A stretch of 64,000 bases of DNA from NCBI GenBank assembly GCA_002633005.1, contig NMRA01000046.1:932144-996143 (forward strand), written 5' to 3'. The notes beneath the pieces were generated by a model, which searched no databases, had not been told where the DNA came from, and saw only the letters and a program-made list of their open reading frames with translations. Source of the DNA: Phoronis australis. Taxonomy: Eukaryota > Animalia > Phoronida. A program made the position numbers and the translations under genes. This document shows positions 56,201-64,000 of the stretch, one piece after another. The first letter of the stretch is position 1. Each line of letters begins with the position of its first letter.

Positions 56201-59200
56201 AAAATACAAATTAATCGTAAGGCAATAAAAACTTCACTTTGTTTTCAATGAAAATTAAAAAAGGCGACAATACTATTTAGCAAATTCGAAGTGTTCTTCA
56301 CTCCTGGAAAAACGTTGAAAAGCTCGGTTTTGGGGGATTCACCCAGAGTGGTCGTGTCTGCTGCGATCTAGTCGAGGAGTGTGCTTACTGTAAGCATTAC
56401 TTAAATAACCAGCATTAATCATGGCTGTCACAGCAGGAAACACATGGAAATACTTGTGGTCAGTACATCGTGCAACACAAACAGCTCCTTGAATCACACA
56501 GTCATTGATGTTCTTAAGAAATTTGATTTTTATGTACAAAAATACTGTAATTAAGGATTTTAGAAAAAGACTGCACTGTGCGAAATTACCCAAGAATTTG
56601 AAAAAAAAACATACAAGATTGCTTGGAAACTACTCAGGTCTTGTATAAGGGTAAATAGGTCTGATAGTGGAACTTTAGGAACGTTGGATTGTGATAAAAC
56701 CAAAATGTACGCCACATAGTTGTTGAATCTTCATGCCGGGTTTTCTATAAGATCTGTTTGAAGATGATGTTTTTATAATGATAATGAGATCATCCTTTGC
56801 ACCAAAGCTTCTCTCAAATATATATGTTCAGATCCGTGCCACCTTTAGGGGTTTTTTTTGGCAAACAGAAATATACTCGGCTTCAGTTTAATTTTAAAAT
56901 TTTTGTTTATCATTTGAATGTCATCCTATCTTGTAGGCTGAAACGTACATCTCCAACAGCATACTGTGACTGTTGGGAGAAGTGCAAATGTCGTGCACTT
57001 ATAGCTGGTGCTCAGACTGCACGCTTTGATTTGTTGAACAAACTGTTAGCTGACACAGATCTTGTCTATCAACCAAACAGCAGGTATGTAGTAGTTGGCT
57101 TATACTGTGTAATTGTGATGTGTACTGGATTAACTATACAGACGCGTCACTTGATTTCATATATAGTGTAGACATCCAAAGTGAAAACGGAAATGAAATG
57201 TTAGTAGAGATTAAAGGTACAAAAATGCAAGGAAACTGCGAAAAGAGATTGGTAATTTACCATTAATCGGCCAACCTCCTTCACTAGTTGTTCGTACAGT
57301 TTTCAAACAAAGATTTTAAACTTAAAGCTTTGAATGCCTGTTATCTCTTTTCTTCCCTGTCAGTGTTCACATGTGTTGCCCTTGTTGTGTGTTATGCTTG
57401 TTTGTTGTATTACTCACCTCGCTGTGTGTAATACTTGCCTGGTGTATTCCACACCTCTCTGCGTGTAATATTTGCCTGGTGTATTACCCACCTCGCTGTG
57501 CGTAATACTTGCCTGGTGTATTACTCTCCTGCTGTGTGTAATACTTGCCTGGTGTATTACTCACCTCGCTGTGTTTGCAGGGGAGAGAACATCCTGCTCT
57601 TCTTGGTGCAAACTGTAGGCAGACAGACTGTTGAACAGCGCCAGTACAGGCCGTCACGTCGTACTGCAGTGGGGTCGAGGAAAACACCCATCACAGAGAT
57701 GGGTAAGTGACTGTACATCTCATCAATGTTACTAAACTAACATTATCAGTGCCTTTTTAAACACTGTCTGGAGCTCACTTCAATCTTTAACTTTACCTGG
57801 TATGTAAACTGTGATGATGCTAAATTATTTGACCTGTGTAAATATGTATCTTATGCTTTTCGTCTCCATGATAGCTTGCTGCACTCTTAAGTATGTTACC
57901 ATGCTCTTTGTACAGTAGGCTTATGGCCTTTATTACAGAAATAAATTGATTTAAATTGATTGATAAAGTGTACTCACACCCCTAAAAGTGCATTCCTTAT
58001 AAATAACCTGCTATGTTATACTACAGATCAAGAGATGCCGGAGCATGACTTGGAACCCCCACGGTTCAGTCGTAAAGCTCTTGAGCGTCTCCTCAATGAC
58101 TGGAGTGCTGTCAAAGCCATGATCACGAGTGGCGAGAAACAGGGAAAAGCCAGGTGAGGTTAAAAGTCTCGGGTTATTGAGAGATTGGCAATCTACTTAC
58201 ACACGCTTGTTAATGGTCTCATATTCAAGATACTAGTTACTAGATAACAAAGTGTAAAGAGTTCTCTATTGTTTTGTTAAGAAAGATTGTGTAAATAAAG
58301 TCGCTATACTCAATTATATGTGGCAGATATAGAATTCTTAGTTATCGTGGATCACCTTGTTCCTAAATCCTTAGTTATTTTGGAGCATTTAGATGCAATT
58401 TTGTGTCGGTAACCACTGTGGGGAACTTGAGTAAATGGAGAGGAAGTTAATTTTTCTTTGAAAGCGTAACAAAATAATGCAATAGCGTCTGTTCAAAATC
58501 TGCAGGTTAAGAAGCTGCTACGCTATTGGTTATGACTGTGTTTAGTAGTCAGTGGTTTATTAATGAATTACTTAGTGAAAGTGAAGTAGGGCATGGATCA
58601 TGAGCAACTTGTGTATTGCTGCAACAGTTGATGTTGGGTTCTCACTGATAGTGTGTAGCACACATGCGCACCCTGGTGGCACTCCTTATTTCCCTCTAAT
58701 TAAATACCCTAATGTATGGAAACAAGACTGTATAGCTCACAAGTAACTCTATCAAAAATAAAGTGTCTTATTATATCATGGTGGATCAAATCTGAAGTTG
58801 TTTTTTACTAAGTTTGATTGTTTGAATTTCCAAATATTTGCACACTGACAAGAAACTAAATTATGGAAAATAGTACGACTGGATGCAAGTGCACATGATT
58901 TTTTGGAGCTGCGCATCTTTGAAAGTATTATCTAGAACTAGCAATCAACATAGTTTGTCTAAGCCATGTATGTATGTTGCAGCAACACTGATCAACTGTA
59001 TGAGGACCAGCTGTATATGAACCATCAAACTGGTACTAGTCGTCTAGATAAGTTTACACATACTCTCCTGGTCAAGTGTAATGTTGAGGTGAGTCTGTCC
59101 TGTCTCATAGATGACTTGTATTGCCGTGTGAGTCTGTGCTGTCTCATAGATGACTTGTATTGCCGTGTCAGTCTGTGCTGTCTCATAGATGACTTGTATT

Positions 59201-62200
59201 GCCGTGTGAGTCTGTGCTGTCTCATAGATGACTTGTATTGCCGTGTCAGTCTGTGCTGTCTCATAGATGACTTGTATTGCCGTGTCAGTCTGTGCTGTCT
59301 CATAGATGACTTGTATTGCCATTAAGTTGTCATCACAATGAAGAGGCTGTATTCACAATGAAAAATCTATGATGGAAACTTTTCATTGCACTGAAATATT
59401 GTTAACATTATCAGTGCCTCTTTAAACACTACGTCGTGAATTTACTTCAATAGTTACATTCAACTACCCTAATGGTTACATTCCGACTATCTTTTGCTCA
59501 GTGCTTTCTTATTTCTGATGATGTGTATCAAATTTACTCCTAAGGGATCAAAAAATTTTTTGATCCTGTTATAAATCATTTGTTTAGAATGTGTTGTTGT
59601 AATAACATTGTGTTACATGCATATGCATGTGAATTGTTATAAAATAAATGCAAAAGTGTGACGCAGATTGTGTTTATTAATCTTCCTCTTTTCAGATGTT
59701 GGACACGCTTTTGACGACGTTGATCCGTGAGATGCAAAATGACAACCAAGAAGGTCGTAAGGTCGAGGCCAAGTTGGTGGCCAGGGTGTTCATTCGTTCT
59801 GTTGCGCGTATATTTGTCGTTCTCAGCATAGAGATGGCGCCTTCCAAGACCAAGAAAACCAGGTACAGGAACATAATTCAACTTTCAGTTCCTTGGTTTG
59901 TACGTGATTTCACTTGCAGTCCAGTTGTAGCTACTGTCACTGAGTGGGGAGCCAGAAACTTAGAGTATTGTGAATCCTGTAGTCCAGAATTCCAGATTGT
60001 ACCCCCTGGTGAAACAACAACACTTGCACGTATGTGAGGTTTTTTATGTCCATTGACAATAAATGTCTTCCTTGCTGCTGAATTAGCAATAATTACCTAC
60101 GGTTTGTGAATGTAATCTACTAGAAAGCAAGTTTTAGATTAATGTGCAATTTTAATTATTTACTATTTACTTACTGCAATGAGTCACAGTTGATGTATGC
60201 AGTACTCAACCACTGGTGTAGTTGAAGCTCAAAACAACCAGAGACATTTGTTAATAGTTGTTGTCATTCAGTACTCAACCACTGGTTTAGTTGAAGCTAA
60301 AACAACCAGAGACATCTGTTGATAGTTGTTGTCATTCAGTACTCAACCACTGGTGTAGTTGAAGCTCAAAACAACCAGAGACATTTGTTAATAGTTGTTG
60401 TCATTCAGTACTCAACCACTGGTTTAGTTGAAGATAAAACAACCAGAGACATCTGTTGATAGTTGTTGTCATTCAGTACTCAAGCACTGGTGTAGTTGAA
60501 GCTCAGAACAGCCAGAGACATCTGTTGATAGTTGTTGTCATTCTAGCTGTTTGTGACTCTTGCAGTTCCAACATAGTGCAGCCCCGTATGAAGTGTCGTC
60601 GAGCATTCCAGGCTCTCATCAACATTGCCCTAGAGGAGCTGTGTGAGATTGCCAACTCCCTGATCACCCCCGTCAGAATGGGTGTGGCCCGACCAACTGC
60701 ACCTTTTAGTTTGGTAGCCACAAACCAGGATGCACTACAGGTAGAGGGCGCAGAGTGTGGCCATGAAGTGGCGAGTGGTTTTGAGGAAATTGCTAATAAA
60801 TGTGTAGATGATATAACTGGTGCCATATATCTTGTAACGCAAATCACGCTCTTGGTTTTTCATATTTACTTGTTAAGATGCCAGGCTGTGCAATTCCCAC
60901 CCATCAGTTTGCATGTCAAATGCAACTATTACAGAGCAAAGAAAATGGAAGTTGTTCAACATTCCCTCTGTTCTTAATTTTGGATAATCGAAAAATGTTG
61001 TTTGCTTAATATAGGGAAGTGAAGATGTGTTCAGTATCGACCCCCTTCCCCCCCGGCCTGCCTCCACAGAGGTGGCAGAAGAAGAGACAGGATTTGTGCC
61101 TTCTTTAAGACTGACCAGTGATAGAGGTACTACTGCCAGGGAGGATGCACAGGCAGCAAATGACATGGTGAGGGCATTAGACTGTTTCAACAATTGAATA
61201 AGAACACTGGTTACTGGGGAAAAACTAGAGCATGTATTGTTATTGGGGTTTTCATTATGTTGAGTGTGCTGTTAATACAGCGCACTCGGACTGGAGTTGC
61301 AAACACATTCATTCCCAACCAATAGACGTCAGTGCTGTTGTACGTGTACTGTTTGCCACTTGCGTATTACAGATTGGCCTTGGTGGAGACCACATGGACC
61401 ATCAAAACCTTGAACTGGCTGATAACCAGCAAAACCAGGCAGGCGACCATGATCAAGGTAGGCAGACCTGACTAATTGCTCTTAGATGTATCTGGTGAGG
61501 TGTTCATTGAGACAGCTCTAGTTCATTGTGACAGCCCTAGTTCATTGAGACAGCCCTAGTTCATTGAGACAGCCCTAGTTCATTTGAGACAGCCCTAGTT
61601 CATTGAGACGGCCCTAGTTCATTGAGACAGCCCTAGTTCATTGAGACAGCCCTAGTTCATTTGAGACAGCCCTAGTTCATTTGAGACAGCCCTAGTTCAT
61701 TGAGACGGCCCTAGTTCATTGAGACGGCCCTAGTTCATTGAGACGGTCCTAGGTCATTGAGACGGTTCTAGTTCATTGAGACGGCCCTAGTTCATTGAGA
61801 CCGCTCTCATGTGTATCCAGTCAAGTGTTCATTGAGACAACTTTTACATGTATTTGGTCAAGTGTTCATTGAACTGACTCTTGCATGTATCTGGTCAAAT
61901 GTTCATTGAGACAACTCTTATATGTATCTGGTCAGGTTTTCATTGAGATGGCTGTTACATGTATCTGGTCAAGAGAACTCACATGTATCTCTTATCTGAT
62001 TATTGTTATTGTTGTCATTATGCTTATTATTATTGTATTTATTTATGATACTCTTATCACTGTTTATTGTTTTTCTTGTATTAATTACAAACAATTGGCT
62101 TAGTATCAATATACAGTACATGCCGAAAAAAAACGGGCAAAACAATTTCCCCACCATGACAGTCATTTCTGCCTGCACATTTTTTGGCTCATTCCACCTG

Positions 62201-63751
62201 AAATGACAGTAATGAGCCATTATTTCTTGTCATATTGGGTGCAATATCTTCTCACAATTAAATTGGCCCTTTCTATATCCGCAAATTACATAATTCCAGT
62301 GTACTGGTGTAATGTAATGATCGGCTTCTTGTCAACTTGTTATCATACAAAACGTCTTTATTGTCTTTTGTGTTACAATTCTGATACCACAGTGAAAGTT
62401 TTGCCATCTTCCATTGGTCAAACGGTGTGGTTTAAGCTCCGAATGTTAATGCGCTACGTCCAGCCAATGTATTTAAAGTTTTGAGTTGCAAGAATAGCCT
62501 ATTTGCAAAGTGTGCATGGAATAGTTGCCTGTTATTACTATTTTTATGCGATTATTTTAAAAGCTGGGCCACACTGAAATCTCGCTTCTCTTTTCCATTG
62601 CTTCTGAATTTGAAGAGCCTTGACTCTCATGTGGTAATAGTTGCTGCATCTTTATTAAATATTATGAGGTTTGTTTACAGCTTGATTAGATAATAACTGA
62701 ACCTTCAGTGAAAAGAGTTTCCACTTTGTGGAAAATTCTCCATTGTACCCCATCATGGTGTACAGCTGTTATGAAGGTCACTTTCACTCTACCATCATGA
62801 CTGGAAATTGCATTAGGGCTGAGTGGTCATAATGGAGGAATAATGTGCCATTACTTTTGGTGTGTACTGTGTTGACATGTGTTGAAGATGACACTGTCCT
62901 GTTTACACACCTATTGTTGATGTGGCTTTAGGTGGTAATGAGAGTGACATGGACCTTGACTTACTGGCTGAGTCAGACAGTGACAGTGAAAGTGAACACA
63001 GTCACCATGACGATGCTGTTAGCGTTCAGAGGAGTGCTGTAACTGCGGCAACTGCAGGCTCTGATCCAGGTAACCTTGTTAGTGTGTGTGTGGATGTGGT
63101 ATTCGGTATTATGTGTGTCTATAGTTAAGTTAAAAGCTTTTGTTTATACTTAATTAGAAAAAAATTCTCACTTTTTAGTCTTGTTGAAAATATGTTACAA
63201 TACATTTCTGTTGTATGTTGTACGCATTGGTTTGTTCAAGGCAAGAATTTTCTTTCTGAAAATGTTAAGCAAACTTTGATCTGCACTTAATTCTCATCAT
63301 TGTCTCAAGAATAAATGGAGAAATATGAGTGATTGTTTCATGTCTCATTCTCTAAATGATAGTGTTACATACAGTGTTTTACTGGTCTTTCTGTATTTAT
63401 AACTTTAGTTAAATCAATTCTGAAGGTATTAAATTCAGTGAAATGTTGTAGCTTTATGTAAACAGAGGGGGCATACTAATCTTTTGAGCTTACGTGCTTT
63501 GGCAGGTTTAAGCAGTTTGGCCTACTTCTCAGAAGATGAAGGTGAATCGTCCAATCAGGAGGAGGAAATTGAGAGTGAGCCTGAGACTGAAGCAGATACT
63601 GATGACTTGAACCAGCTGTTTGATGAACAACTAGAGCGTCGCAGTACAGGGCAGGGGATGAGGACTGTACAGGCACCTCATGCCATGCAGTGGGCCATCA
63701 GACAGAGGGAGCCACCTACCAGGACACCAGTGTCCACAACGGTTACAACAA
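32203..63751 (+). CDS. UBR5: E3 ubiquitin ligase UBR5 (EDD/hyd), N-terminal part (UBA domain and UBR box); gene continues beyond the window
   Basis: 33 phase-consistent exons: 32203-32264 ([20 protein letters not shown]), 36290-36410, 36702-36775, 37357-37654, 37883-37982, 40612-40749, 41294-41526, 42084-42206, 43052-43162, 43380-43537, 43787-43895, 44511-44656, 45109-45263, 45607-45740, 46263-46488, 46973-47127, 48280-48465, 49361-49565, 51045-51186, 52596-52729, 54601-54790, 55298-55535, 55745-55836, 56937-57083, 57581-57702, 58027-58153, 58983-59088, 59696-59862, 60566-60740, 61015-61167, 61373-61457, 62932-63069, 63506-63751. Diagnostic motifs: [43 protein letters not shown] (UBA) and [49 protein letters not shown] (UBR box). 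Confidence 0.97.
33520..34797 (+). repeat. Diverged direct repeat pair (about 275 bp: about 33520-33801 and 34520-34797)
   Basis: Shared blocks TAACACTAGGTGT, TTGTGGTAAAATGAAGCCA, ATTGAGGTATCATTCATTG, GATGTAGTARAGGGAC..TTCTCTC.ACTTTT. Confidence 0.7.
35116..36006 (+). mobile_element. Internally deleted Kolobok-type DNA transposon with transposase remnant
   Basis: TTAA TSD (35112-35115, 36007-36010); RR..YY termini; TIRs about 260-300 bp; internal ORF 35383-35805 begins with a THAP-like [10 protein letters not shown] and contains [21 protein letters not shown], a C2CH motif seen in THAP-associated Kolobok transposases. Confidence 0.75.
36411..36701 (+). other. GC-AG intron (UBR5 intron 2)
   Basis: The exon reads ..LLFE, then GAG|GCAAGT; the next exon starts DGSICR in phase 0, matching FLLE-DGRVCR of vertebrate UBR5. 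Confidence 0.85.
38135..39372 (+). mobile_element. Helentron/DINE-1-like non-autonomous repeat, full-length copy C
   Basis: Same 5' hairpin, internal units and 3' end (GTGGGCACATTTC..GTTGCTCTTGTT) as copy B. Confidence 0.7.
41749..41874. repeat. Minisatellite, 31 bp x 4
   Basis: Unit CTGTGCAGGGATACGACACTATTCATTTGGG. Confidence 0.9.
42321..42410. repeat. Minisatellite, 15 bp x 6
   Basis: Unit ACGATCAACATAGTT (source of the MLIVT and YDQHS pseudo-ORFs). Confidence 0.9.
42890..43030. repeat. Minisatellite, 47 bp x 3, ending 21 nt before a UBR5 acceptor
   Basis: Unit TACACTTAATAGTAATTCTATTGCAATATATCAATGTAATAGCCAGG. Confidence 0.9.
44043..44206. repeat. Minisatellite, 41 bp x 4
   Basis: Unit AAGGGCTTAACGTTGGTCTATGATGCAKTGGCCATGCTGTT. 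Confidence 0.92.
45291..45419. repeat. Minisatellite, 43 bp x 3, starting 27 nt after a UBR5 donor
   Basis: Unit ATTGCATTATTGCTTAGAGTATTGCTAAATAACATCTTTCCTC. Confidence 0.9.
45741..45900. repeat. Minisatellite, 32 bp x 5, starting exactly at a UBR5 donor
   Basis: Unit GTAGTTATTATACTATGTGATAGTAGTGCWAG. Confidence 0.95.
47290..47405 (+). repeat. Possible degenerate tRNA-SINE fragment
   Basis: B-box-like GGTCGTGGGTTTGAGTCCC followed by a CTTGAGCCAGG core-like motif. Confidence 0.35.
49660..50592 (+). mobile_element. Diverged copy D of the same Helentron/DINE-like family
   Basis: Internal CCCCTAGTGGCAAT units and 3' end GCACACCGTTTGCAGTGCAC..GTTGCTCTTGT. Confidence 0.6.
51638..51791. repeat. 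Minisatellite, 34 bp x about 4.5
   Basis: Unit TGTTATGAACAAGTGRTCACCATGCAACACATTA. Confidence 0.9.
53978..54221. repeat. Minisatellite, 49 bp x 5
   Basis: Unit GGCTTGTTCAACTTGTRTACAATACAGACCAGTAATACTCAGACAAAAT. Confidence 0.93.
55041..55350. repeat. Minisatellite, about 80 bp x about 4, spanning the acceptor of UBR5 exon 55298-55535
   Basis: Unit TCATTTCATTCTATACAG|GAATGCAGAGGGCCACAC..TCATGCA..CTATCACTCACCTG; the last copy is the real exon start. Confidence 0.95.
57405..57575. repeat. Minisatellite, about 37 bp x 4-5, running into a UBR5 acceptor
   Basis: Unit GTGTATTACTCACCTCGCTGTGTGTAATACTTGCCTG; the last copy ends ..GCTGTGTTTGCAG|. Confidence 0.9.
59089..59320. repeat. Minisatellite, 39 bp x 6, starting exactly at a UBR5 donor
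   Basis: Unit GTSAGTCTGTGCTGTCTCATAGATGACTTGTATTGCCGT. Confidence 0.95.
60200..60542. repeat. Minisatellite, 69/68 bp x 5 (dimeric higher-order), ending about 23 nt before a UBR5 acceptor
   Basis: Units start at 60200, 60269, 60337, 60406, 60474: CAGTACTCAACCACTGGT..GTTGTTGTCATT. Confidence 0.92.
61502..61990. repeat. 19-20 bp tandem array (about 16 copies) grading into degenerate about 37-bp units, starting about 45 nt after a UBR5 donor
   Basis: Unit GTTCATTGAGACRGCCCTA; later units ATGTATCTGGTCAAGTGTTCATTGAGAC.. Confidence 0.88.
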
Positions 63752-64000
63752 GTGAGTGGGGGTATTGAGGCCACAATTCAAGCAAAGGTGTTTTAGAATC
63801 TTTATCAACTTTCTTGAAAAATTGTACTGCAAAGGAGAAAGCAGAGAGTCCAGATAGCACTTTAGATATCAAAGTCCTTTCTATGACGTCATTACATCAA
63901 AATGCATGTATCAAAAAACTGAAATGTTCGTCTTCTAAGACCCGCTATTTATGGCAAGGTTTATGCGGTGTACATGTGCGCTGTTTCGTTTATCCTTTGT

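Noticed and set aside
58966-59325. Repetitive ORFs ([38 protein letters not shown]; also MLIVT at 42221-42406) as novel repeat proteins
   Set aside because: They are translations of intronic minisatellites with unit lengths divisible by 3.

Overview
Eukaryotic (animal) genomic DNA: AT-rich, intron-rich, probably a bilaterian invertebrate (taxon is inference only). Hand-assembling exons from splice signals and reading phase gives three protein-coding genes. (1) The 3' part of PCYT2 (ethanolamine-phosphate cytidylyltransferase, + strand, 10 exons 4882-22328), with a U12-type intron. (2) COQ7 (- strand, 6 clear coding exons 28460-22679), tail-to-tail with PCYT2 and only 350 nt from stop to stop. 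(3) The 5' part of UBR5/hyd (+ strand, 33 exons 32203-63751, continuing past the window), head-to-head with COQ7. Introns and the divergent promoter carry many non-autonomous transposons: a hAT-like element with a 5-bp TSD, a Kolobok derivative, a MULE-like foldback, TA-flanked MITEs, a Helentron/DINE-like family with arrays of CTCF-like motifs, LINE remnants and tRNA-derived repeats. The most unusual signal is that many short tandem-repeat arrays start at, end at, or duplicate splice sites, creating ladders of decoy donors and acceptors. A PCYT2 exon also starts with a perfect donor motif (recursive-splicing candidate). Nearly all ORFs in the supplied track are spurious or exon read-through. 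No prokaryotic features were seen.
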